From: Rebecca billardiae RCC1528
Lineage: Eukaryota; Protista; Haptophyta
NCBI GenBank assembly: GCA_965240325.2
Contig: OZ251231.1
Span: 186,001-250,000 of the forward strand
Direction of reading: 5' to 3'
Length of the DNA: 64,000 nt
The notes below the pieces were generated by a model, which was given only the letters and a program-made list of their open reading frames with translations, made no database searches and was not told the origin of the DNA. Of this stretch, positions 54,917 through 64,000 are shown piece by piece; position 1 is the stretch's first letter, and the number at the start of each line of letters is the position of its first letter. The position numbers were made by a program, and so were the translations under genes.

Positions 54917-56866
54917 ATGACAAGCGACGCCGTCCAACTGCGCCCGCGGCGGAGGAGCCGAAGTCACTCGACCTCACCCGCGATGGGCGCGAACCACGGT
55001 GCCGCCACGCTACACGCGCTCCAGGACACCGTGTGCAACCCGCTCGTGCGCGCGGCGACGCTCGTCGACGGCATGCGCCACTCGGCGCACATGCTGCGCG
55101 CAGGCGACCAGTCCACCTCGGCTGTGGCCGACCTCCTCGCGATGGTCTCGGGCGAGATCTCGGACGCGCTCGAGAAGCTGCAGGTCGCCGTCTCTACCAG
55201 CGCCATCATCCAGCGCGACTACGAGCCGCAGGTCGTCGCGCTCGAGATCGGCCAGCTGGTCGACAACGTGCGCGCGGCGCTGCCGCGCGTGAGCGTCGCG
55301 TGCACGGCGGGCACGGCGCGCGAGGACACGGTGGAGGTGGACGTCATGCTCGTGTGCATGGCGGCGCGCGCGCTCGCCAGCCTCGCGCGCGCCTCCGCCG
55401 CCGAGCCCTCCGCGCTCGCGCTCAGCCTCGGGCTCGAGGCGCGTACGCTCAGCGTGCGCGTGAGCACCGCTCGCGCCGCCGACGTCGCCGCCGCGCCGCC
55501 CCCGGCGGCGGACGAGCCGCTGCGCTCCTCCGACTCGTTGTCCGAGCAGGAGGACCTCCTCGAGGCGTGCGCGCTCGCCCTCAACGGCCGCGTGCGATGG
55601 CTCGCGCACGAGGAGTGCGCGGCCACTGCCGACGCGTGCGCCGAGTGCGTGGCCGCCACCGGCCCCGACTGCGCGGCGACGCCGGCGCCGGATTCGCCCG
55701 ACGCCATCACCGCGCGGTTCCCGCAGCCGCTCCGCGAGGGCCAGGAGCACTGCGCGGCCCCCGCCGCGGCCGACGACGCCTCCCCGCCCGCGCCGCCCAC
55801 CCCGGCGGCGCGCCGCGTCTTCGCCGAGCTCAGCGTGCCCGTGCTGCCGCACGCGCCCACCGCTGAGACGATCGACAACTTCCGCCTGCCGCTCGGTGCG
55901 ACCGTCGTGATCGTGGACGACTCGCGCATCACGCGCACGATCGTGCGCTCGCGCGTGCTCGCGCAGCTGTGCGCGCCGGGCGTGCAGCCGCTCGTCATCC
56001 CGCCCGTCGAGACCCGCGACGAGGACCCCGAGGCGCAGCGCGCGCTGCGCGCGTATGCGTCCACACTGGCCGCGCTCGTGCGCGCCGGCCCCGTCGTCCT
56101 CTTCTCCGACCACGACCTCGGCGTGGGCGTGCCGACGGGCGCGCAGGTGATCCAGCACGTGCGCGCGACCGTGCCCGAGGCGGAGACCAACCTCGTCGCG
56201 TGCGTCGTCTCCGCCAACGGCTCCACGCCCGACCGGCGCGGCTACACCGAAATGGGCGCAGACGTGTTCGTCTCAAAGGCGCTCGATGGCGTGCGGAACG
56301 CGCGGCTGGCGATCGCGCGCTCGTGCGCGCGCCGGTTCAGGGCGTGGTGGCCCACGGCGCCGACGGCGCGGCCGACCGCCGGCGCGGCCGAGGACGACGA
56401 GCAAGACGCGCTGCCCAGCGCCCTCGCCGCGCCCGGACTCCGCAGGCAGCGCAAGCGCTACCACTCGAGCTCGGCCGCCGAGCGCCAGCCACGCGCGCCT
56501 GCCGGCGGCCATCACATTCCGCTCAGCGCGGCTGTGCTGAGCATCAGTGAGCTGCGCGAGTGCGTGCCGCCGACAATCGTCCACTCGCACTCGACGCCGC
56601 CGGGCGCGGAGTCGCCCGTGCCGACGCGCGCCGGCCCGCTCGTGCGCACACGCTCGTCCAGCGAGCACGCCTCCGATGCGCAGTGGGGCGCGTGGCAGGA
56701 CGCGGTCAGCCCCGCGCGCGCCAGCGCGTCTACTGCGGCGGCTGCACCGGCGTCGGCCTCGTCCTCGTGGCAGGATGCGCTGAGGCCCGCTCGCGCTGCC
56801 ACTGCGGCGGCTGCGGCGGCTGCACCAGCATCGGACTCGTCCTCGTCGTCCGACACGGACCGGTGA
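54917..56866 (+). CDS. Hybrid pseudo-histidine-kinase / response-regulator receiver protein
   Basis: Degenerate H-box (LQDTVCNPL); receiver motifs VVIVDDS, VLFSDHDLG...TGAQVI, VVSAN and GADVFVSK. Confidence 0.7.
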   Translation: MTSDAVQLRPRRRSRSHSTSPAMGANHGAATLHALQDTVCNPLVRAATLVDGMRHSAHMLRAGDQSTSAVADLLAMVSGEISDALEKLQVAVSTSAIIQRDYEPQVVALEIGQLVDNVRAALPRVSVACTAGTAREDTVEVDVMLVCMAARALASLARASAAEPSALALSLGLEARTLSVRVSTARAADVAAAPPPAADEPLRSSDSLSEQEDLLEACALALNGRVRWLAHEECAATADACAECVAATGPDCAATPAPDSPDAITARFPQPLREGQEHCAAPAAADDASPPAPPTPAARRVFAELSVPVLPHAPTAETIDNFRLPLGATVVIVDDSRITRTIVRSRVLAQLCAPGVQPLVIPPVETRDEDPEAQRALRAYASTLAALVRAGPVVLFSDHDLGVGVPTGAQVIQHVRATVPEAETNLVACVVSANGSTPDRRGYTEMGADVFVSKALDGVRNARLAIARSCARRFRAWWPTAPTARPTAGAAEDDEQDALPSALAAPGLRRQRKRYHSSSAAERQPRAPAGGHHIPLSAAVLSISELRECVPPTIVHSHSTPPGAESPVPTRAGPLVRTRSSSEHASDAQWGAWQDAVSPARASASTAAAAPASASSSWQDALRPARAATAAAAAAAPASDSSSSSDTDR

Positions 56867-57024
56867 GACGGCAACGGCCCGACGCAACGGCCGGTGCGGA
56901 GTGGCGTTGTCACTTACCGTTGACGTAGCTACTAGCTATTAGCTTAGCTTACCGTGCATGACATCGGACTGACAGTCGAATTTGGCTGCGCTAGATAATT
57001 AGTGAGATGAGCAAGTTAATCAGT

Positions 57025-57077
57025 ATATATATATATATATATATTTATTATAATAATTTATTATAATAATTATATAT
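57025..57077. repeat. (AT)n / AT-rich low-complexity tract
   Basis: Pure A/T run in otherwise very GC-rich DNA. Confidence 0.8.
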
Positions 57078-57544
57078 GACGGAAGGCGCGGACGCATTCT
57101 ATGTCGTGTCTGTTGCACTCTGAGCCTGACGCTTGTCCGATGCTGCCACGCCGTTAAATATAACCTACTCGACCATGCGCGTGCAATATGGCTGGGTAGT
57201 TGTAGGTTCCGCGGGACGGTCGACGCGATGACGATATATGATATATTGAAAATCAGTCAGCGGTCGCTGACTCATCCAGATATTCAAAGTGAAAGCTCGC
57301 AGTACTGATTCAGAGTGATGACTCAGAGTTGAGTCAGACTTACAGTCCGCGGCCCCGCGGTCCGATCGAACGACGACCGCGCGCGAATTTATTTTTAAAT
57401 AGTACTAACTCTGCCCTGGCGGGCGGGGGCGTCGGCGGGCCGTGCCAGTGCTGTCGCAATGTTTCCTCTGCGGGTTCGCGTCTTTCCGCAGCATTCGCTC
57501 GTGGCCGTGCCGGTGCCGGTGGGTGATGGACAGTCGGACCAGTG

Positions 57545-58896
57545 ACACCTGTGAAGTTCTCCCACGCGGTGGGCGGTACGCGTCTGTGCGCATCAGCGAG
57601 GCCCGCACCCACGAGGGAATGTGCAGCACGCGGGGCAGGGCGGGTAGCCCGTTGCTCCACGCGAGCGCGGGTACGCGCTGTATGTGCCGCATCTCGACCG
57701 CGATGGCGTAATCGAGCGCCTCGCCACCAACGAAGCCGCCAGAGTAGATCGTGTGCATGCATGTCCTCCTGCCGCCAGCCGAGAGCGGTCGTCGCGAGGA
57801 CGCTTGCCGATGTCCGCTCCGGGCATGATGGGCTCGGCGCAGGTCGCGTTGACATCATACACGACCGCCACGCTGAGCACGAGCGCGTTGACGTTCACGC
57901 GGTCGTCGCTCTTCGCCTCTTCGACAGGTCTGGCGCCCGCGTGTTTGGCGGCACGAGGAGCTGTTGGTTGTGCGCGCGCGCGCGCACAGCGACAGCGTGT
58001 GCCACTCGCGATCGAGAGTGGGCACGAGCTGCTCACGCAGGCACACGAATCGCAGCGCATCCGTCACCGGCGTGACGACGTCCGCCTCGTCCCGCAGCGC
58101 CTGCGCCATGGACGAGGATGGCGCGTCGATGTTGCATGCTCGACGATTCATCTCTCTGCGGATGGCATCACGGGCTTGTCTGTGTCGCGCTGCGGCGAGG
58201 GTCGCCAACTCGCGAAGACGCGGTTGCTGCCACGGCGACAGACCTGGGAGGTGCGTCCGCTGCGCGTCGTACGCCGTTGGCGCTGCGCTTCCGTCGCATT
58301 GGTCACCGTGGACGCCATGCAGGCCAGGCCGGACGTGGGCTTCGGCTGAGGGACCGCGACAGACAGTCCGGTGCGCGGATTCCGGCGATCGAGTTCCGGG
58401 AGGCCGCGCCAAATCTTGCGTCGCGTGCGATGGCGCTTCCCGCCCGCGAGACACCTCGTGATGAGGGCCTTTCCGCACCGAGCCCGACGCGCGGCGGTGG
58501 ATCGCGCGAGGTGGTTGTCGTGCGCAGCGCTTGATACTATGGCCCGTGCGAGCGTTCGACGGCAAGTCGGGCGAGGACCGCCCCAGGTCGCACGATCGTG
58601 TCGACGCGCCGAGCGTACCTCCAAACGCGTCGACTTTGGCCCACGTTCGACCTGCACGCGAGACGACGAGGGGAGTACTCGCGAATCAGGCGAAAACACC
58701 CTTCGGGAGTCCCCGCGTGGTGTCCGCGCCGGCGTTGGATTTGGCGCGCGCGGCCCACGCACTCCGCGCCATGACGCAACTCTTTTTCGGCCGAGCGTCC
58801 CCAGTGGGAGGGAGCTGCGAGGGCGCCCGGTAGTGAGCGAGGCGATTTTCTTTTCTTTGCGAGGCGATTTTCTCTTTTTCCTTTTACGGCCCGCCA
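57545..58896 (+). mobile_element. Partial TIR DNA transposon copy B (internal region plus right TIR ...TACGGCCCGCCA|TA)
   Basis: 57545-58635 is a direct repeat of 21477-22599; ~58785-58896 is the inverted counterpart of the left end at 19448. Confidence 0.75.
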
Positions 58897-58999
58897 TAAC
58901 TATAAAGCCGTACTTATCGGTGATGGAATATGATGCTGCTAAGGCCGCCTACGACGTTGAGTCGGAGTCACACGTACGCCAGTCGCGTCGTAGGCTGCT

Positions 59000-60271
59000 T
59001 CACTGCCCACTACGCTCACTACTACTGCTGCCATCGCCGGCATCGCCGTGCTCGGCGACTGCGCCGCAGTGCACGCACCGCCTGAGCCGCGTGCGATCAG
59101 CGCGCGCGGCATGCTCGTCCGCCGCGGCGGGCAGCCCGGCGCGCACGGGGTACGTCAGGCCGGAGCCGCACTCGGCGCGCTGCACGCAGCGTAGCGCGTC
59201 CAGCCGCTCGCTGAGCTCCGCCTCGGCGAGTGCGTCCGCGCACGCGCAGCGCTCGCAGCCGCACTCAAAGCCGTAGTGCTCTTGCAAGTAGCGCGCGCGC
59301 GCGGCGGGGCCGTCGGCGGAGGCGGCGTAGCAGTGGAGGAGCTCGGTGCCCTCCGGCAGCTCGCGCAGCGCGACAAGCTGGAACAGCGGCGGCGCGCCGC
59401 GCTCGTCCTCCGCCGCGCCGTCCGCGCGCGCGCCGCTGCCGCCATCATCCGCGCGCGGCACGGAATCATCCGCGCGCGGCGCGGAATCAGACGTGAGCGG
59501 CACAGAATCAAACAGCACGTTCGGTGCGCACGAGTGGTTGAGCAGGTGCAGCGCGCTGACGAAGCTGGCAAGCGCGAGGTCGCACCCGCCCGGCCCCGTC
59601 ACACCGAACGCGTTCGCCTGGTGCCGGTTGAGCACGTCGTACAGCTCGGCGGGCGGCACGCGCGCGCGCGGCGGCAGTGCGCGCAGCGCCGTGACCACCG
59701 CGGCGCGCACCGGCTCGGCGCTGCGGCGCGTGCGCGAGATCGGGCGCAGGCGGCGCGCGTACGAGGCGTACGAGACGCGCTCGGCGTCGGGCGCGCCGGG
59801 GAACGGGCGCACGCTGCGCCCGGCCGCACGGTCCGCCAGGATGCGCACCGCCTGCGCAGCGAGGTCGAGCGTTCCCTCCGGCAGCTCGCCCGACTCAGCC
59901 ATGGCGCGCAGGGCGAGCAGGGCGGCGCACTCGGCGGCGTCGTGCGAGGTTGCGGCGGCGGCGCGGGCGCATGGCTCAGAGCAGAAGTGCACCATGCCGC
60001 ACGCGTCGCAGCGCAGCGCCCACTCGTGCCCGCCCGCGCGCCGGCGCGCGTCGGCGAGGCACGTTGCACACACGCGCGCGCGCGCGGTGCTCGCGACCGT
60101 GCACGCGAGCGGGCGCTCGACGAGGAGGCGCTCGCCCGCGCGGATGGTCCGCGTGGCGTGCAGCCCGAGGCCGCCCTCCGCGCACAGCGCGGAGGGCGCG
60201 AGCGAGACCGGTGCGCCCTGTGCGCGGAGGCACGCGGCGAGCTCGGCCGCGTCCGGGCGCGCTGCCGCCAT
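59000..60271 (-). CDS. SET and MYND domain lysine methyltransferase (SMYD family)
   Basis: GLGLHATRTIRAGERLLVERP; MYND CATC...CDAC...FCSEPC; NHSCAPN; LQEHYGFECGCERC post-SET. Confidence 0.9.
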   Translation of the reverse strand: MAAARPDAAELAACLRAQGAPVSLAPSALCAEGGLGLHATRTIRAGERLLVERPLACTVASTARARVCATCLADARRRAGGHEWALRCDACGMVHFCSEPCARAAAATSHDAAECAALLALRAMAESGELPEGTLDLAAQAVRILADRAAGRSVRPFPGAPDAERVSYASYARRLRPISRTRRSAEPVRAAVVTALRALPPRARVPPAELYDVLNRHQANAFGVTGPGGCDLALASFVSALHLLNHSCAPNVLFDSVPLTSDSAPRADDSVPRADDGGSGARADGAAEDERGAPPLFQLVALRELPEGTELLHCYAASADGPAARARYLQEHYGFECGCERCACADALAEAELSERLDALRCVQRAECGSGLTYPVRAGLPAAADEHAARADRTRLRRCVHCGAVAEHGDAGDGSSSSERSGQ

Positions 60272-60355
60272 CGTCGTTTCGCGCGCGTGCCGCTTCGTTG
60301 CCTTCGTGCAGCCGGCTGCAGCAGCTCTTCACCGCTGTTTCGCATCGTCCGTTAC

Positions 60356-62617
60356 ATAAGGCTATTTCAGAACCGTTACGGCTTCTATTTGTCCGGAGTC
60401 TGAATACGGGAATTGGAGTGGCGCGCGAGGAGCTCAGAAGGTACACTGGGCCCCGGCCAGGCAGCGGCTGGGCGATGGCAACGTGCGTCGTGGGAGGGGC
60501 ACGTTCGCGGTGCTGTGCGGCCGGGTGCGCGTGGGTGGAGAAGGCGAGGCTCGCGTACGTGCAGGAGCCGCAGCTTTAGGGCCTCAGGTCGCTCCAGCAC
60601 GGCTGCGGCGTCGGCTTGCCCCCGCCCGCGCCTACCGTGGGCTACGAGCGTTGGCTCTTCTGCGACGAGCACGACCCTGCTGCTCTAGCGCTGATCGGCG
60701 ACGTCGTCGTGGTTGAGAGCCTCTTCGGTAGTCCCGGTCCGCGTCGTCACGGCGATCTGAGGTGTGCGAGCTACGTGCGAAGCTGCACGTGCAACGCACT
60801 CTGCTCTCGCGCGCGCGCGCACAGTCGACAACACGACATCTGCTTCTGGCGCAGCCTGTCATAACAGCGGCTTCGGCGCGCCCTCGCAGGCGCGCGCGGT
60901 TAATCCCTGTCGTGCGCGCACACGGCCAACGCGTGCGTGCGGCTGCGCGTTCGCGCATGCCGTCGAGCATCAAGGCGTCTTGCGTGCACCGCTGGTCCGC
61001 CCGTCCGCTGGCGTCTGTGGCAGCCGAGTAGTCAGTATACGTCTGTACTAGCGCTCTAGCAGTGTCATTGATGCGGTCGGCAGCGCGAGATCGACCTGGG
61101 CACCTCGGATGATGTGCCCCTGAGTTGCAGTCAGAGGCGCCAGACCCAGATCGGGCCCGGCGCCTGAACCTGGGCTACTTGTCAGCGGCACGGCCGCAGC
61201 TTGGCCAGCTTCTTGCTGGCTTGGGCGGTCCACTCCGGTCGGCCAGCGGCCGGCGCGCAGTAAATAGCTCATCCAGAGGCCGCGTGTCGCGCGTTCAGCC
61301 GCGCTGCCGAGCTCTAGCTGCACTTCGCCACGAGCTCATGCAGCGCCGCGAGCGCTGTGTCGCGCTGATCGGCGTACTCACCCGGCGCCGCCACCAATAG
61401 GTCGATGCATACGGGCCACACGGCCATGGCGATGAAGTGGCCAGCGGCTGCGTGGGGCTGGCCCTCGCGCAGCAGCCGCTGCCTGTCCACGTCGAAGCGC
61501 CGCGCGTACCTGCCACCGTCTGCGGCGTGGCTGCGTACACTTGTCGCCAAACGCCGCGTCCGCGTCCGTCTCCTAGCCGCGCACCGCGTGCCACTCGGCG
61601 CGCAGCTGGTGCAGCTTGGGCACTGGCGGGCAGCGCGGCGCGGAGCGCGGCGTGGTTCCCGGGCATTAGCATGTGCCGCATGCCCTTGGTCATGTCGCCC
61701 ATCCTGTGCGCCAGCGCGGCCAGCAGCTTGCCCTGACGGTCACAGGCCGACGGACGCTTGAGCGTACTGCCCAAGGAGAGAGTGCCTCCGCCGTATCCTC
61801 CACCGGGTGGCGAGAGTATCACATAAATCTTCACCGTGCTCCCCGTCCGATTGTGCGGCTTGGTAACCGCGTGCCTGCCAGTCGAAGAAGTGGCCAGCCG
61901 CTCCTGCCCCGACTCCGCGAGAGCAGCAGCATCGTAACTGCTACCGTACACTTGGCTCTCGACCAGGGACGGGCGGACCAGCGGTGCACGCAAGACGCCT
62001 TGATGCTCGACGGCATGCGCGAACGCGCAGCCGCACGCACGCGTTGGCCGTGTGCGCGCACGACAGGGATTAACCGCGCGCGCCTGCGAGGGCGCGCCGA
62101 AGCCGCTGTTATGACAGGCTGCGCCAGAAGCAGATGTCGTGTTGTCGACTGTGCGCGCGCGCGCGAGAGCAGAGTGCGTTGCACGTGCAGCTTCGCACGT
62201 AGCTCGCGCACCTCAGATCGCCGTGACGACGCGGACCGGGACTACCGAAGAGGCTCTCAACCACGACGACGTCGCCGATCAGCGCTAGAGCAGCAGGGTC
62301 GTGCTCGTCGCAGAAGAGCCAACGCTCGTAGCCCACGGTAGGCGCGGGCGGGGGCAAGCCGACGCCGCAGCCGTGCTGGAGCGACCTGAGGCCCTAAAGC
62401 TGCGGCTCCTGCACGTACGCGAGCCTCGCCTTCTCCACCCACGCGCACCCGGCCGCACAGCACCGCGAACGTGCCCCTCCCACGACGCACGTTGCCATCG
62501 CCCAGCCGCTGCCTGGCCGGGGCCCAGTGTACCTTCTGAGCTCCTCGCGCGCCACTCCAATTCCCGTATTCAGACTCCGGACAAATAGAAGCCGTAACGG
62601 TTCTGAAATAGCCTTAT
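60356..62617. mobile_element. Foldback DNA element with ~650-bp near-identical TIRs and ~965-bp spacer
   Basis: 60356-61003 is the reverse complement of ~61970-62617 (ATAAGGCTATTTCAGAACC...GGTTCTGAAATAGCCTTAT). The TSD is AT or TA (ambiguous). Confidence 0.9.
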
Positions 62618-62757
62618 CACGACTTCACGAGTTATCTCCACCGCAGCTTTCATTCAGCTTCATCTTCCGTAACAGCGCAGGCCGACGACAGGCCGAGTGC
62701 TGCAGTGGTCAAGGCAGCGCCGGCGCCACTTGGCCCCCGTGGCTCGCCCGGCACGCG

Positions 62758-64000
62758 ATGGCGAGCGCGACGACGCCGCGCCGCGCGGAGCGCGAGGCGT
62801 ACGAGCGCGCCCGACGGCGCGACGAGCAGCGCACCACCGCGCCGCCCAACCTCCGCCTCTGCGTCGCCGGCACGCGGTACGGCGTGGTGCGCGAGGCGGC
62901 GGGCGCGTGCGGCTGGCAGGCGGTGGAGGACGAGTACGAGGCGTGGACGCTGTCGTGGATGGACACGTCGGTCTCGCTCACGCGCGTGCAGCGCCTCACG
63001 CCCACCCAGAAGCTCAACCACTTCCCCGGCATGCACGCGCTCTGCGACAAGCACTCGCTCGCGCGCCACCTGAACGGAATGGCCGAGCTCTTTCCCGCGG
63101 CGTTTGACTTCTTCCCGACGACGTGGGCGCTGCCCGCGGGGTTCGCCGACTTCCGCGCGCACTGCGACGCCGGCCGCGCCGCCGCGCCCGACGCGCCCGC
63201 GCGCACGTACATCGTCAAGCCCTCGCGCGCGTCGCAGGGCGCGCGCATCTTCCTGACGCGCTCGGCGGAGGACGTTCGGCGCGCGATGGCCAAGGAGCCG
63301 CTGGTGGTGCAGGCGTACCTGGGGCGGCCGCACCTGCTGGGCGGGCTGAAGTACGACCTGCGCGTGTACGTGCTCGTCACCTCTGTCAGCCCGCTGCGCG
63401 CGCACGTCTGCCGCGAGGGCCTCGTGCGGATGTGCACGCGCGCGTTTGAAGACCCAGACTCGGAGGAGGTGAGGGCGACGGCGCGCGGGGCCGCGCGGCC
63501 GCGGGGCGCCGCGGGGCGCCGAGCGCGCGAGGCGCGGCGGGCAGCGCGCGCGGCGCGCACACGCCTATCCGTCCCTCTCTCGTGCGCGTGTGCGCGTGTG
63601 CGCGTGCGCGTGCGCTGAGTCACTAGCGCATGCGCGCGCCGCCCCGCCGCCGCCGCGCCGCTGCCCGCAGGGCCGGCGCGCGCTGGGCGCGCGCACGATG
63701 CATTTGACGAATTACGCGGTGAACCGGCGCTCCGCCGCGTTCGAGGCGGGCGACGGCGAGGGCACCGGCTCAAAGCGCACGCTCTCCTCGCTGCTGCACG
63801 CCCTCAGCGCGCAGGGCCACGACGTGGCCCAGCTCTGGGCGGCCGTGCGCGAGGTCTGTGCAAAGGCGCTGCTCGCGGTCGGCCCGGCGCTGGCGCGTGA
63901 GTACTCGTCTGCGCGCACGTCGGCGGGCGCGCACCCGTTCTCGTGCTTCGAGCTGCTCGGCCTCGACCTGCTCCTCGACGAGACCCTCCGCCCGTGGCTC
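62758..64000 (+). CDS. Tubulin polyglutamylase, TTLL6/13-like (truncated by the window end)
   Basis: QKLNHFPGM, FFPTTWALP, YIVKP..SQG, VQAYLGRPHL..GLKYDLRVYVLVTS; after intron 63469-63670, MHLTNYAVN and CFELLGLDLLLD. Confidence 0.92.

Noticed and set aside
44800-62617. Autonomous transposase, reverse transcriptase or TnpB/Fanzor gene
   Set aside because: No intact DDE, YxDD or RuvC/zinc-finger motif set could be recognised in any frame; all elements here appear non-autonomous.
62527-62757. N-terminal extension of the TTLL ORF
   Set aside because: It starts at GTG inside the foldback TIR; the ATG at 62758 is the plausible start.
1400-64000. Hundreds of long overlapping or antisense Arg/Ala/Pro-rich ORFs in the ORF track
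   Set aside because: Expected from very high GC and GC3 bias, which makes stops scarce. They shadow real genes and lack family motifs.

Overview
Very GC-rich, intron-containing eukaryotic nuclear DNA. Gene families, intron style (GTGCGC...CGCAG) and composition suggest a haptophyte alga, probably Pavlovales/Diacronema-like; this is an inference. About 19 protein-coding genes are mostly arranged as tight head-to-head pairs: RAP/helical-repeat RNA-binding protein, MAPEG, subtilisin, SGNH-like protein, Cdc15/STE-like kinase with PH domain, PDI-like protein, LanC-like protein, putative glycosyltransferase, NVL/Rix7, G-patch protein, sulfotransferase, Myb, OSCA/TMEM63, pseudo-HK/receiver protein, SMYD and TTLL. 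Between them lie many non-autonomous DNA transposons that can be delimited by TIRs and TSDs: a Tc1-like MITE pair, two nested P/Galileo-like elements, a hAT, a 4-bp-TSD element, a chromodomain-carrying element and a 2.26-kb foldback. Top candidates for something new: (1) an inverted pair of receptor-like genes with a 6TM + TIR/HET-like + TM + C-type lectin architecture; (2) a ~915-bp TIR element whose interior folds into extensive helices with strand-specific G-U pairs, suggesting a transposon-borne structured RNA; (3) excision-footprint-like insertions at all four TAAGAAAC motifs of one MITE copy, plus pervasive 3-5 bp micro-duplications in intergenic DNA. All calls are by eye from motifs; no database searches or folding programs were run.
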